DNA of 64,000 bases from an uncultured delta proteobacterium (GTDB lineage Bacteria; Desulfobacterota; Zymogenia; Zymogenales; Zymogenaceae), in NCBI GenBank assembly GCA_963735595.1, contig CAVTLK010000004.1:256001-320000 (forward strand), given 5' to 3'. The notes beneath the pieces are model-generated. The model saw only the letters and a program-made list of their open reading frames with translations. It was not told the DNA's origin and made no database searches. The position numbers and the translations under genes were made by a program. Of this stretch, positions 9,958-21,809 are shown one piece after another; the stretch's first letter is position 1; every line of letters begins with the position of its first letter.

Positions 9958-10578
9958 ATGGCTCCTTCAGTATCAAAGCGAAAGATTTCCCCGGTCCTCG
10001 TCGTGATGATCATCATCTCCTGCCTGGCGATCGGCGTCGCCGTCGTCGTGACGCTTGCCGCGCAGGGTGTAATTTCGCTCACGCTGCCGGGCGAAACGGC
10101 GCGGTTGCAGGACCTGGTCTGGCGGATCGCCAACTTCAGCGTACTTATTATCATACTCCATGTCACATTAACGCGGCGCGCCGTTACCTTCTTTTCCGAC
10201 CGGAAGAAGGCCATCCGGGAGGCCCTTGAAGACGCGGTGAAGGCCCGGCGGGAGGCGCAGAAGAAATACGAGGAAGTCAATAAGCTCCTCAAGAAGGCCA
10301 AGGAAGAGATGGAGGAAATACATTTCTCGTTTAACGCCGAGGGCCAGAGAGAGCGCGACCGGATAATTAAAAACGCCGAACGGGAGGCCGATAAAATCAA
10401 GAAACAGGCCGAGCATACGGCGGTCCAGGAGGTCAGGAAAGCGCGGTTTGCGCTCAGGGCCGAGGCCGTGGACCTGGCGGTCTCGATGGCCGAAGAGATC
10501 CTTACCAAGAAGATCACCAAGGACGATCAGAAAAAGATCACCCAGGACTTCATTGAAAAGGCGTCGGAAGCCAAATGA
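9958..10578 (+). CDS. atpF: ATP synthase F0 subunit b
   Basis: WRIANF TM, coiled coil, operon position. Confidence 0.88.
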   Translation: MAPSVSKRKISPVLVVMIIISCLAIGVAVVVTLAAQGVISLTLPGETARLQDLVWRIANFSVLIIILHVTLTRRAVTFFSDRKKAIREALEDAVKARREAQKKYEEVNKLLKKAKEEMEEIHFSFNAEGQRERDRIIKNAEREADKIKKQAEHTAVQEVRKARFALRAEAVDLAVSMAEEILTKKITKDDQKKITQDFIEKASEAK

Positions 10579-11126
10579 TACACGAAACGATTGCACGAAA
10601 GTATGCGCGGGCCCTCATCGAGCTGGCGCTGGAAGATAAACAGCAGGTACGATGCGGACGCGAGATCGAATCGTTCGCTATTCTCATCAGGGAAAACGAG
10701 CAGCTGTGGGGGCTCTTCACGGGGCCTGCCGGAGATACGGAACTCAGGCGCTCCGCGCTGGATGCCGTCCTTTCAAAAACGCAGTACCTCGGGGTTGTGG
10801 CGAATTTTATCCGCCTCTTGATGGATAAAGAGCGCCTGGTCCTTATCACCGACATTTCCCGTGCGTACGGCCGGCTCCTGGATGATCATGAAGGCAAGAT
10901 GAAGGCACGGCTGGTGAGCGCGGCTCCACTTTCGGATGGGGAGACGGCCGAGATCACGAAACGACTGTCTGCCTCGCTCAAACGGGAGATAATCCTGGAG
11001 ACCTCGGTTGATCCATCGCTCATCGGCGGGGCGGTCGCCTACGTCGGGGGGCTCATATTTGACGGAAGTATACGTACGCAGTTGAGCACTATTCGCGATA
11101 ACCTTAAGAAGGGGCATATAAGCTGA
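10575..11126 (+). CDS. atpH: ATP synthase F1 subunit delta
   Basis: [25 protein letters not shown]. Confidence 0.95.
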   Translation: MIHETIARKYARALIELALEDKQQVRCGREIESFAILIRENEQLWGLFTGPAGDTELRRSALDAVLSKTQYLGVVANFIRLLMDKERLVLITDISRAYGRLLDDHEGKMKARLVSAAPLSDGETAEITKRLSASLKREIILETSVDPSLIGGAVAYVGGLIFDGSIRTQLSTIRDNLKKGHIS

Positions 11127-11127
11127 A

Positions 11128-12636
11128 ATGGAAATCAGGGCTGAAGAGATAAGCAGTATACTTAAGAGGCAGATAAAGGAATACGAGAAGCGCCTCGAGA
11201 TCAGCGAGACCGGGACCATCCTCTACGTGGGCGACGGCATCGCCCGTATCTACGGCCTCGAAAAGGCAATGGCCGGGGAGCTTCTGGAGTTTCCCGGAGA
11301 GATCTACGGGATGGTTCTGAACCTCGAGGAGGATAACGTCGGCTCGGCCATCTTCGGCGAGGATTGGCACATCAAGGAGGGCGACGTCGTCAAGCGGACG
11401 GGCCGTATCGCCGAGGTGCCGGTCGGGGAAGCGCTGCTGGGCCGGGTTGTTAACGCCCTCGGCCAGCCGATCGACGGGAAGGGCCCCATCGAGACCAAGG
11501 AGTATCGCCCCATCGAGGTCAAGGCCCCCGGTATCGTCTACCGCCAGCCGGTCAAGGAGCCCCTCCAGACCGGGATCAAGGCCATCGATTCCATGACCCC
11601 CATCGGCAGGGGCCAGCGGGAGCTTATCATCGGCGACCGGCAGACCGGCAAGACGTCCATCGCGCTGGATACCATCATCAACCAGCGGGAGAATGACGTC
11701 ATCTCGATCTATGTCGCGATCGGCCAGAAACGCTCCACGGTGGCGCGGGTCGTGGATACCCTCAATAAGTTCGGGGCCCTGGAAAAGACCATCGTCGTGG
11801 CGGCATCGGCCGCCGAGCCCGCGCCGATGCAGTACATCGCTCCCTACTCGGGCGTCACCTTTGGGGAGTATTTCCGGGACAACGGCAAGCACGCGCTCGT
11901 CGTCTACGATGACCTCAGCAAGCACGCGGTGGCCTACCGGCAGCTTTCGCTGCTGCTTCGGCGGCCGCCGGGACGCGAGGCCTATCCGGGCGACGTATTC
12001 TACCTCCACTCGCGGCTCCTGGAGCGTGCGGCCAAGCTGTCGGACGACAAGGGCGGCGGGTCGCTGACAGCGCTACCGATCATCGAGACCCAGGCGGGCG
12101 ACGTTTCGGCTTATATCCCCACGAACGTCATCTCCATTACCGACGGGCAGATCTTTCTCGAGTCCGACCTGTTCTACTCTGGCGTTCGGCCGGCCATCAA
12201 CGTGGGACTGTCGGTCTCGCGGGTCGGCGGAAAGGCCCAGATCAAGGGCATGAAGCAGGTTGCGGGCTCGCTCCGGCTGGATCTCGCCCAGTATCGCGAG
12301 ATGGCCGCCTTTGCGCAGTTCGGCTCCGACCTCGATAGGGCGACCCAGGCACAGCTTGCCCGGGGCAGCCGCCTCGTCGAGATCCTCAAGCAGCCCCAGT
12401 ATCAGCCGCTCCCGGTCGAAAAGCAGGTTCTCATTATCTACGCCGCGACCAGGGGATTTGTGGACCAATACCCGGAGGGGGCGCTCAGGAAATATGAACA
12501 GGAGCTCTACACGTTCTTCGAGTCCAAGTACGCCCACATACTCGAAGAGATCAAGCAAAAGGGGACTATCTCGACCGATCTCGAGCGGCAGGTCACCAAG
12601 GCGCTCGATGATTTCAAGGAGCATTTCGTTATATAA
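11128..12636 (+). CDS. atpA: ATP synthase F1 subunit alpha
   Basis: [29 protein letters not shown]. Confidence 0.99.
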   Translation: MEIRAEEISSILKRQIKEYEKRLEISETGTILYVGDGIARIYGLEKAMAGELLEFPGEIYGMVLNLEEDNVGSAIFGEDWHIKEGDVVKRTGRIAEVPVGEALLGRVVNALGQPIDGKGPIETKEYRPIEVKAPGIVYRQPVKEPLQTGIKAIDSMTPIGRGQRELIIGDRQTGKTSIALDTIINQRENDVISIYVAIGQKRSTVARVVDTLNKFGALEKTIVVAASAAEPAPMQYIAPYSGVTFGEYFRDNGKHALVVYDDLSKHAVAYRQLSLLLRRPPGREAYPGDVFYLHSRLLERAAKLSDDKGGGSLTALPIIETQAGDVSAYIPTNVISITDGQIFLESDLFYSGVRPAINVGLSVSRVGGKAQIKGMKQVAGSLRLDLAQYREMAAFAQFGSDLDRATQAQLARGSRLVEILKQPQYQPLPVEKQVLIIYAATRGFVDQYPEGALRKYEQELYTFFESKYAHILEEIKQKGTISTDLERQVTKALDDFKEHFVI

Positions 12637-12651
12637 CGGCAAGGGACGGGC

Positions 12652-13512
12652 ATGGCAAACCTGAAGGAAATACGCAAACGGATACAGTCCGTCAAGAATA
12701 CGCAGCAGATCACGAGCGCCATGAAAATGGTGGCCGCGGCAAAGCTCAAGAAGGCCCAGGAGCGTATCGAGAAGGCACGGCCCTATGCCGAGAAGATGGG
12801 CGACGTCCTGGCGAGCCTCGCGCTGAGGACCCACGAGAAGGCGCACCCGCTGCTGGTACGCCGGGAGGTCAAGAACGTCGCGCTGGTCGTGGTCAGCTCC
12901 GACCGCGGGCTCTGCGGCGCGTTCAACCAGAACATTATTAAAACGGCCGAGCAGTTCATCCGGCAAAACCGCTCGCGTTATTCGGAAATTCTCTTTACGA
13001 TGATCGGCAAGAAGGGATACGATTATTTTAAGATACGCCCGATCACCATCCAACGGGAGTATCTCAATATAACCGGTAAACTCTCCTACGAGCTTGCCCA
13101 GTCGATCGCCGACAACCTCCGCGAGCTTTTCCTCTCCGCAAACGTAGATGAGGTGTATATCCTCTATAACCGGTTCAAGACGACCATCAGTCAGGAGCTC
13201 GTCTTCACGAGGATCTTGCCGATCACCCCGCTGGAAGCGGCGGAAGGCCAGACGGTGCCCGGATACGTCTTTGAGCCGTCCGATGAGGACGTCCTGGAGG
13301 ATATCATCAGGAAGAACCTCGAAGTGCAGATCTTCCGGGCGCTGCTGGAATCCGAGGCGTCCGAGTTTGGGGCGCGGATGACGGCGATGGACAGCGCCAC
13401 CTCCAATGCCGGGGAAATGATCAAGAAACTCACGCTCAAGTATAACCGGGCACGGCAGGAGACCATTACCAAGGAGCTCATGGAGATTATCGCCGGCGCC
13501 GAGGCCCTGTAG
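12652..13512 (+). CDS. atpG: ATP synthase F1 subunit gamma
   Basis: ITSAMKMVAAAK, DRGLCG, RQETITKEL. Confidence 0.99.
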   Translation: MANLKEIRKRIQSVKNTQQITSAMKMVAAAKLKKAQERIEKARPYAEKMGDVLASLALRTHEKAHPLLVRREVKNVALVVVSSDRGLCGAFNQNIIKTAEQFIRQNRSRYSEILFTMIGKKGYDYFKIRPITIQREYLNITGKLSYELAQSIADNLRELFLSANVDEVYILYNRFKTTISQELVFTRILPITPLEAAEGQTVPGYVFEPSDEDVLEDIIRKNLEVQIFRALLESEASEFGARMTAMDSATSNAGEMIKKLTLKYNRARQETITKELMEIIAGAEAL

Positions 13513-13646
13513 GGCACGATACCGATGCGGAACGAATCCGCAAAGAGGTTATGAGGGAAGTCGCGGAATATAATAGTAGAATTATCGTATATTCGGACGC
13601 GAAAACGCGCCGTAGTTATAGCGGAACCGAAAACGAATGCGGTTAG

Positions 13647-15080
<1,434 letters not shown>

Positions 15081-15101
15081 CGCGGGACGAACGAAGGAGT
15101 C

Positions 15102-15518
15102 ATGCTCATGGGATTTGCCCTTGAAATTGTCACCCCCGACCGGCTGGTTATCAGCGACGAGGTTGAAAAGGTCGTCTGCCCCGGCGCAGAGGGGGAATTC
15201 GGTGTCCTGCCGAACCATGTCCCGCTCATCACGAAGATGAAGATTGGGGAGGTTCGGTATATTGACTCGACCATGAAAAACGAGCATATCCTCGTGGTTA
15301 CCGGGGGGTACGTGGAAGTGACCGATCAGAAGGTCATCGTCCTTGCCGACCAGTGCATCAGGGCGCGGGACATCGACAAGGTCCAGGAGGAGCTCAACCT
15401 TCAGAAATCCGAGGAAATCCTCAAGGCGGCCGAGAAGAACACCGACGAATACCGCAACGCAAAAAGGACCAATGACCTGGCCAAGGCGCAGCTCAAGGTC
15501 CTGGAAAAAACCGGGTAG
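15102..15518 (+). CDS. atpC: ATP synthase F1 subunit epsilon
   Basis: LEIVTPD, GEFGVLPNH. Confidence 0.96.
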   Translation: MLMGFALEIVTPDRLVISDEVEKVVCPGAEGEFGVLPNHVPLITKMKIGEVRYIDSTMKNEHILVVTGGYVEVTDQKVIVLADQCIRARDIDKVQEELNLQKSEEILKAAEKNTDEYRNAKRTNDLAKAQLKVLEKTG

Positions 15519-15584
15519 CCAATAGACAGGGATTCAGGCGGGGCCGAACGGCCCGCCGCAGATGATGAAAAACGATGAAAAACT

Positions 15585-15614
15585 AAGGGGAGCGGAAAGA
15601 CCGCTCCCTTTTTT
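15585..15614. terminator. Probable bidirectional terminator between atpC and the TetR gene
   Basis: AAGGGGAGCGG-AAAGA-CCGCTCCCTTTTTT. Confidence 0.75.
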
Positions 15615-15661
15615 GTTTCTGAGCCGCGTTGTGAAGACAGGCGGGGCCGAGGGGACGCCCG

Positions 15662-16261
15662 CTACCGCTCCATGATCCCGTAGAGCATCAGGTCGGATAC
15701 GGTCTTCTTCCACTCGGCCAGCATCTCCGGGGAGAGCTGGTCTTTGCCCTCCAGCAGGTCGAAGAGAGGGGCGATGGTGAAATAGATGATGCACAACCCG
15801 ATACCGGAGATCAAGAGGTGCTTCGGCTCGATCTGCCGAACGCCCGTATCGGCCCTGCGCGCGGCAAGCATCTCCTCGGCGATCTTGAAGAATTTGTTGT
15901 AGAACTTCGTGGCGACATCGGCCACGATATCGGTTTCGAGGTTGAACTCGTGGACGAGGATCTTGAGGATATCCCGGTGGTCCTTGATGAAGTCGATATA
16001 GCGGTCGATGGCAAACCTGAGCAGCGGCTCGGGCTCCATTTCCGTTTGCGATATCTCGTGGAGGATTTCCACGAGCTGGTCGAACGTGCGCTCGAGGACG
16101 GTGGCGTAGATGCCTTCCTTGTTTTCAAAGTAATGGTAGAGTGTGGCGGAGTTGAGCCCCGCCTCCCGGGCGATCTCCCGGATGCCGACGGCCGCAAACC
16201 CCTTTTCCGCAAAGGCGTGGGTGGCCGCCTGCAGGATGATCTCTCTCTTTTCCTCGGACAT
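15662..16261 (-). CDS. TetR/AcrR family regulator
   Basis: FAEKGFAAVGIREIAREAGLNSATLYHYFENKE HTH. Confidence 0.93.
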   Translation of the reverse strand: MSEEKREIILQAATHAFAEKGFAAVGIREIAREAGLNSATLYHYFENKEGIYATVLERTFDQLVEILHEISQTEMEPEPLLRFAIDRYIDFIKDHRDILKILVHEFNLETDIVADVATKFYNKFFKIAEEMLAARRADTGVRQIEPKHLLISGIGLCIIYFTIAPLFDLLEGKDQLSPEMLAEWKKTVSDLMLYGIMER

Positions 16262-16274
16262 CGGTACATCGCCT

Positions 16275-16288
16275 ATCAATCGTTTGAT
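16275..16288. promoter_or_regulatory. Putative TetR autoregulatory operator
   Basis: Near-palindrome ATCAATCGTTTGAT between a minus-strand TTGACT/TACAGT promoter and the TetR start. Confidence 0.5.
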
Positions 16289-16436
16289 TAACTGTATCAC
16301 TTTTTGTTCCGGCAAGTCAACAGGTTTCGGTAAGGTATTGAACTATATCTCCGGGTGTATTAAGATATTACAGTAACCGCGGCGGGCAAATGGAGAAGTC
16401 CGCTGATTACCTGAACGATAACCAGAGGGGGAACCC

Positions 16437-16829
16437 ATGAAAACAGACGCGCTCTACCGGGTCATCGGGGGACTGGTCCTGGCGGTCTTTGCCATCGTGA
16501 TTGCTGCCGTGAAACTCCACTGGGCGGGCGGTATCGGTGCCGTGGTTGCGGCCGACCCGGTGCTAATCGTCGGGTGCGCAGCGATCGCGCTCCTGGGGGC
16601 GCTGGTTACGGCCGACGGGGTGAGGTCGTTCAAACGTGTCGGGACTATGACGCGCCTCATCGGCTCGATGGCAAACGAGAAGAACCTGGTAGCCACCGCC
16701 GAAATTGCCAAGGTAGTCGGCGTCCACGAGACCGAGGTTCGGGAGCGCGTCGACGAGATGATCAAGGGGCGCCTGATCGGGTCGGGAACCCGGATTATAT
16801 ACACCGGGGGGGAGAAGGTCGTCAGGTAG
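16437..16829 (+). CDS. Hypothetical membrane protein (2 TM plus possible C-terminal HTH)
   Basis: RBS, hydrophobic segments, TAEIAKVVGVHETEVRE. Confidence 0.65.
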   Translation: MKTDALYRVIGGLVLAVFAIVIAAVKLHWAGGIGAVVAADPVLIVGCAAIALLGALVTADGVRSFKRVGTMTRLIGSMANEKNLVATAEIAKVVGVHETEVRERVDEMIKGRLIGSGTRIIYTGGEKVVR

Positions 16830-16841
16830 AAGGGGACCGCC

Positions 16842-17171
16842 GTGGAAAACAGGACACGCGCCGGAATTGTGGATATAGTAGTCGGCACGCTGATGACCGT
16901 CTTTTTCCTCTTCGGCCTCGGGCTGGCGTGGCTCGTGCCGGTGCTGATAGCCGATCCCGGAAAGGTACTCGAAACGGTCAGGTGGTTTTCCGTGGGCGAA
17001 ATCGTGCTCCTCTCGTTCGCCGCATTTCTCTTTTTTCTCGGGTTATTCACGATCTACCGCGGGGTATCGATACTGACGGGGTGGCGGCTCTCGTACGCCG
17101 CGCGGGCGTTTTTCCACGAGGCGAAGGGAATAGCGAGAGGCAAGGACCCGCCGGATACCCCCCGCCGGTAA
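16842..17171 (+). CDS. Hypothetical 2-TM membrane protein
   Basis: Hydrophobic ORF, operon-like spacing. Confidence 0.6.
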   Translation: MENRTRAGIVDIVVGTLMTVFFLFGLGLAWLVPVLIADPGKVLETVRWFSVGEIVLLSFAAFLFFLGLFTIYRGVSILTGWRLSYAARAFFHEAKGIARGKDPPDTPRR

Positions 17172-17239
17172 GACCGGAAGGCCTGAATCGAATATCGAGC
17201 CCTGAAGAAGGCCGTCCGTCTTCCGCTTTCCTGTCAATC

Positions 17240-18478
17240 CTACTTCGGGTCCACCCGCCTTGTCCCCGCCGGCCGCCAGGCCGGGGAGATGACGCCCGCC
17301 TCCATGGGGCGGTCGGCGGCCGAGGCGGCGGTCAGGATATCGTCGCCGTAGCGGTCCTTGATGCTGTCCACCGCGCCTGCCAGCAGGAACTCCCGCCGCT
17401 CGCCGGCAAACAGCGGCACCTGCCCGCCGGAATAAACGAGATTCGTCATGCTCACGCCCAAGAGCCGCACCGGCATGATGATCTCGATGGTCGCAAGGAC
17501 GTCGGCCGCCGCGCGATAGATGTCGAGATCCAGCCGGATCGGCTTGGGCAGGGTATGCCGCCGGCCCATGCCGGAAAAGTCGGCAAAGCGGACGTAGAGA
17601 TAGACCGTCCTGCCGGAGCAGTGCGCCTTTCTCATGCGCCTTCCGACCTTGGCCGACAGGTGCAGCAGGTAGCGGTGGATGCCGGGCTGATCCTCGATGT
17701 CGTAGGGAAACGTCATGGAATGCCCGATGCTCTTTGCCGCGTCTTCCTGCCCGAGGGGGACGATGGGCGTCTCGTCCACGCCCAGGCCCATGTAGTGGAG
17801 CCGCTCCCCCACGACCCCGAATTTCTGCTTGAGGACGGAAACGGGGTAGCGGCCGAGCTCCCCGCAGGTGACGATCCCCAGCCCCTTGAGGATTTTTCCC
17901 AGCCGCGAGCCGATCCCGCAGATCTCCTCGATGGGCATCGTCTCCATGAGCGGCCCGACCCCGTCCTCGGTCACGATGGTCAGCCCGTCGGGCTTCATGG
18001 TCCCGGAGACGAGCTTTGCCACCAGTTTGTTGGGGGCCACCCCAACCGAGCAGGTGATGTTGAGGTCTTCCTTGATGCGCCGCTTGATCTCCCGCGAGAT
18101 GGCCTCGGCCCCGCCGAAGAGCCTGAGAGACCCCGTCACATCCATAAAGGCCTCGTCGATGGAAAAGACCTCCACGTCGGGGCTGTAGTCGCGCATGATC
18201 GTGAGTATCCTGACCGAGGCGTCGATGTACCTCCGGTTGTTGCCGGGCACGAGGATCAGGTCGGGGCAGGCGCGCTTGCCCTCGGTCGCGGTCATGCCGG
18301 TCTTGACGCCGTGCTTTCTCGCCTCGTAGGATGAGGTCACGATGACGGTGCGCTTCTTGCTGCCGACCACCGCGATGGGCTTGCCCACGAGGGCGGGGTT
18401 TGTGGCCTGCTCGATGGAGGCGAAGAACGCGTCCATGTCGATATGCAGGATCGTGCGGGGCCCCGGGGAGCGTGCCAT
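17240..18478 (-). CDS. dinB: DNA polymerase IV (Y family)
   Basis: HIDMDAFFASIE, SYEAR, SIDEAF, clamp-binding-like QVPLF; start at MARSPG inferred. Confidence 0.95.
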   Translation of the reverse strand: MARSPGPRTILHIDMDAFFASIEQATNPALVGKPIAVVGSKKRTVIVTSSYEARKHGVKTGMTATEGKRACPDLILVPGNNRRYIDASVRILTIMRDYSPDVEVFSIDEAFMDVTGSLRLFGGAEAISREIKRRIKEDLNITCSVGVAPNKLVAKLVSGTMKPDGLTIVTEDGVGPLMETMPIEEICGIGSRLGKILKGLGIVTCGELGRYPVSVLKQKFGVVGERLHYMGLGVDETPIVPLGQEDAAKSIGHSMTFPYDIEDQPGIHRYLLHLSAKVGRRMRKAHCSGRTVYLYVRFADFSGMGRRHTLPKPIRLDLDIYRAAADVLATIEIIMPVRLLGVSMTNLVYSGGQVPLFAGERREFLLAGAVDSIKDRYGDDILTAASAADRPMEAGVISPAWRPAGTRRVDPK

Positions 18479-18585
18479 CCGCCGCGGGGAGATAAAGGAG
18501 TTTGTGGGGGGGACGAGAGACATGGTTGACATCACTCCAAAGGAAGAGGACTCATGCGCTTCTTTCGTAGGGGCTGCGGCCTATT

Positions 18586-19100
18586 TCCACCACAAAGGCA
18601 CGAAGTCACAAAGGCTTGCTTTCCGTTCCCCCTTCGTGTCTTTGTGGTTACACCGGTTCTCCTGTACGCCGGGCACGACATCTCGTGCCCCTACGGATAC
18701 CAACACGGCGCGTCCATAACAGCCGTAGGGACCCACATGCGGTGTCCGTCCTGCTCGCGCACTGACAAGCTGGTTGCCGCGTCGGCCTTCGGCCTCCTCG
18801 CAATGACAATAGTAATCGCCGCCGGAGGCGGCATCGTTACGTATTGTCAGTGGCACCCGACACACCGGACGCCATACATGGCGTCCCTGCGGGTTCTAAC
18901 ACAAATCGGGCTTATATCCCGTAGGGGCGCGATTCATCGCGCCCTTGCCCTTCGCCACTTCGCCGTCATTGCGAGGCCCTGTAGGGGCCGTGGCAATCTC
19001 CTGACTGTCACCGTACAACAAGGGGATAGACTATCACCCCACAAAGCAGGTTTCGTGGGGACCCCGATGAAGAGCCTAACGGCCTCCTCGCATGACAGCG
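18586..19100. repeat. Nested cluster of several REP-like palindrome families
   Basis: CCACAAAGGCACGAAG/CTTCGTGTCTTTGTGG, GTAGGG hairpins, CACTGACAA..TTGTCAGTG and GTCATTGCGAGG units. Confidence 0.85.
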
Positions 19101-19109
19101 GTGCGGCAT

Positions 19110-19355
19110 TCACTCCCCCTGGATCGCCGCCAGGTACCAGTTCATCGCCCGCTCCAGGTAGCAGAGCTCAAACAGCGTCGCGCCGTCGGAGACGGCGAAG
19201 TGGTGGCGGGTCTCCCGGCCCTCGGCGTCTTTCCAGGTGTGGGTCACGCGCTGGACGGTGTATTTCCTGCCCCTCCAGTAAAACCACTTGGGCTGGACCT
19301 TGCCGCCGCCGAAGACGGCCCCTACCTTTATCGGTTCTTCTATGACGGTAATCAT
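19110..19355 (-). CDS. 81-aa DUF6504/ImuB-C-like protein
   Basis: PKWFYWRGRKYTV..THTW..HFAVSDG..FEL..W pattern; lies between lexA and dinB. Confidence 0.75.
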   Translation of the reverse strand: MITVIEEPIKVGAVFGGGKVQPKWFYWRGRKYTVQRVTHTWKDAEGRETRHHFAVSDGATLFELCYLERAMNWYLAAIQGE

Positions 19356-19457
19356 GGTTGTCACCCCAAAAGGCAGGCCTTCTGGGGGCTCCGACGGGAG
19401 AGACCCCTCCCCGCGATGACGGTGAATAGAAAACCTTTTGGGTGCCTCCGGCATCCC

Positions 19458-20093
19458 TCATTCCGGCACCACCAGGCCCCCCTCGAGGTCACGGACGACC
19501 CCGACGACCTTGCCGATGATCGTCAGGAACGAGGCCGCCTCACCCACGAAGAAGATCGGCTCCATGGCGCTGTTTTCGGGAAAGAGGGTCACGCCGTCGG
19601 CGTCGCGCCGGTAGCGCTTCACGGTGGCCTCGTTGTCGATGAGCGCCACGACGATGTCCCCGTTTTCGGCCGTCTCCTGCGGCCGGACCAGCACCAGGTC
19701 GCCCGGGGCGATATGGGCGCCGATCATGCTGTCTCCCCGGACCTTCAAAAAGAAGAGGTCATTTTTGCCGCGCGCGCCGGAGAGCGACACGTAGCCCTCC
19801 AGGTTTTCCACGGCGGTGACGGGGCTGCCCGCCGCGACGTGCCCGATCACCGGGATTCCGGGGGGTTTCCCCTCCCCGGGCGACCCGACCACCCGGATGG
19901 CGCGGGCGTTTTCGGGCTCGCGCCGGATGTAGCCCTTGGCGGCCAGCGCGTCCAGGAACTGCTTTGCCCCCTTGGGGCCGGAGATCCCGAGGGCCGAGGC
20001 CAGCTCCCGGACGGTGGGCGGGTAGCCGTGCCGTTCCGTGTAGGCGGCCACGAAGTCCAGCGCCTCTTTCTGCCGCTTGGTCAATCCTTCCAC
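19458..20093 (-). CDS. lexA: SOS repressor LexA
   Basis: LTKRQ, YPPTVREL, VAAG cleavage site, GDSM Ser, TVKR Lys. Confidence 0.96.
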   Translation of the reverse strand: MEGLTKRQKEALDFVAAYTERHGYPPTVRELASALGISGPKGAKQFLDALAAKGYIRREPENARAIRVVGSPGEGKPPGIPVIGHVAAGSPVTAVENLEGYVSLSGARGKNDLFFLKVRGDSMIGAHIAPGDLVLVRPQETAENGDIVVALIDNEATVKRYRRDADGVTLFPENSAMEPIFFVGEAASFLTIIGKVVGVVRDLEGGLVVPE

Positions 20094-20209
20094 GATGTCG
20101 ATGCCTCCGATCAGGGGGAAAAGACCCCCGGCGCCGGGAGATTTCCGGCACGCGATGAATCATGCACCCACGGGTAGCGGGGTTTTGTGCGTTGCCCTGA
20201 TTTCACTGT

Positions 20210-20560
20210 GCGCCGGGTGGCACTGACAATACGTAACGATGCCGCCTCCGGCGGCGATTACTATTGTCATTGCGAGGAGGCCGAAGGCCGACGCGGCAAC
20301 CCGCTTGTCAGTGTGAGGGACGGACGGACACGACACGTCCGAGTCCCTACAGTGTGTAAGTCCGTCTCGTGTTTGAACCCGTAGCGGCGGGCCTCGTCAT
20401 GCCCGTCCTCCATCTCGTCATTGCGAGGAGGCCGTCAGGCCGACGAAGCAATCTCCTCGCCGCCGGAGGCCATGTCCTGAAACGGGAAATACAGCCCCAC
20501 GAGAGCCAAGCGCGATGATGAGATTGCTTCGGTCGCTCATGCTCCCTCGCAATGACGAGT
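20210..20560. repeat. REP-like cluster including an inverted copy of 18760-18859
   Basis: 20214-20313 is the reverse complement of 18760-18859 with 2 mismatches; further GTCATTGCG/CGCAATGAC units. Confidence 0.88.
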
Positions 20561-20636
20561 GAGGTAACGGCGAAAACAAGGACTCCGGGTCTCTTCGGGC
20601 AATCTATGTCCCGAATACCCAACAAACGTTACCTAT

Positions 20637-20666
20637 ACTATACCGGGGGGGCGGGGGGCGTGTCAA
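20637..20666 (-). promoter_or_regulatory. sigma70-type promoter oriented toward lexA
   Basis: Minus strand TTGACA-N18-TATAGT. Confidence 0.55.
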
Positions 20667-20894
20667 GGGAAAAGTGTCGGCAGGGCGCTCGCTTTTTCGG
20701 GCGTTGTCGCGAGGGAGTGAAACGGCCGAAATAGTCCCCTGCTCGTCGGTGACAGTCGGGGGATTGCCACGTCGGGCTACGCCCTCCTCGCAATGACGGT
20801 GAAGTGACGGTGATAGCGTGGTTGCCACGGGCGCTTCCGCGCCCTCGCGATGACGGTAGAGTGGCGGAAAGAGATCTAACGCCGAGCGGCGGGC

Positions 20895-21806
20895 CTACAC
20901 CTTCGGGGTATCGGCGGGCTCGAACAAGAGCCGGCACGTCCCGCAGGGGGAGCGCAGCAGCAGCTCGTCGCGGGGTGACTCTATGCGGCGGCCCGTCTTG
21001 TCCGTCTTTTCCCATAAGGCGCGGGGGCCGATCGTGTAGATCGCGCTCAGCGTCGGGTCGGTCTCGTATTTCCTGACCAGCTCGGAAAGCCGCGTCTCGT
21101 TGAGGTTCCCCAAAAAGAGGGGGTGGCCGCCATCGATGTTGGCCGCCTCGCCGCAGCAGGCGTAGACGTCCCCGTTGGGGAAGATGAAGGGCATCCTCAG
21201 CGACAGGCAGGGGGCGTGCGGGTTTTCGTCCGGGAAATCGGCGGGGTCGATCTTTTCCCTGGCCTGCCCGATGTACATCACCGGGGCATACGCGATTTTG
21301 CCCGGGTCGGGCAGCCCCGCGGCCACGAGCCCCTTTTCGATCTCCTCCCGGTTGTCGGACGTGCGCATCGTGGCCCGCACCACGTAGGGGATGCCGAGGC
21401 TCTCCGCCGCCCGGGCGGCGTTGACGACCCGGTCTATCGGGATGAACTCCTGGTGGAAGGAATCGGCCGAGAGGCCCATCCCGAGGGTCCCCACGTAGCA
21501 GGAGAGGCGCCCGCGCGCAACCGCCTCGGTCTTTGCCCAGGAGGCGTTGGTGACGAAGGTGAAGGGCAGGCCGAGGCGCCTGGCCTCATCCACGGCAAAA
21601 TCGAAGACGTCCTTCACGACGAAGACCTCGCCGCCCGAAAGCCCCACCGCCTGTATGCCGGGAGTCCCGGCAACGTCGGCAATGAAGCGGGCAAGGTCGT
21701 CCCGCGTAAAGTCCCGGTCGGCCGACTTCGTGTACCACGCGCCGCAGTGGCGGCAGCGGCTGGTGCACCGGCGGGTCAGAAAAAAGGATACGGTCAGGTG
21801 ATCCAC
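20895..21806 (-). CDS. Radical SAM protein with C-terminal Cys-containing (twitch/SPASM-like) extension
   Basis: CTSRCRHC, SGGE, VTNASWA, PC..GDVYACC, CGTC. Confidence 0.88.
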   Translation of the reverse strand: MDHLTVSFFLTRRCTSRCRHCGAWYTKSADRDFTRDDLARFIADVAGTPGIQAVGLSGGEVFVVKDVFDFAVDEARRLGLPFTFVTNASWAKTEAVARGRLSCYVGTLGMGLSADSFHQEFIPIDRVVNAARAAESLGIPYVVRATMRTSDNREEIEKGLVAAGLPDPGKIAYAPVMYIGQAREKIDPADFPDENPHAPCLSLRMPFIFPNGDVYACCGEAANIDGGHPLFLGNLNETRLSELVRKYETDPTLSAIYTIGPRALWEKTDKTGRRIESPRDELLLRSPCGTCRLLFEPADTPKV

Positions 21807-21809
21807 CGG

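Noticed and set aside
18554..19345. ORFs across repeat clusters (HCEE/VIAR/LLAMT peptides; also 20187, 31892, 32524, 37719-38444)
   Set aside because: Translations of the palindromic repeats, not credible genes
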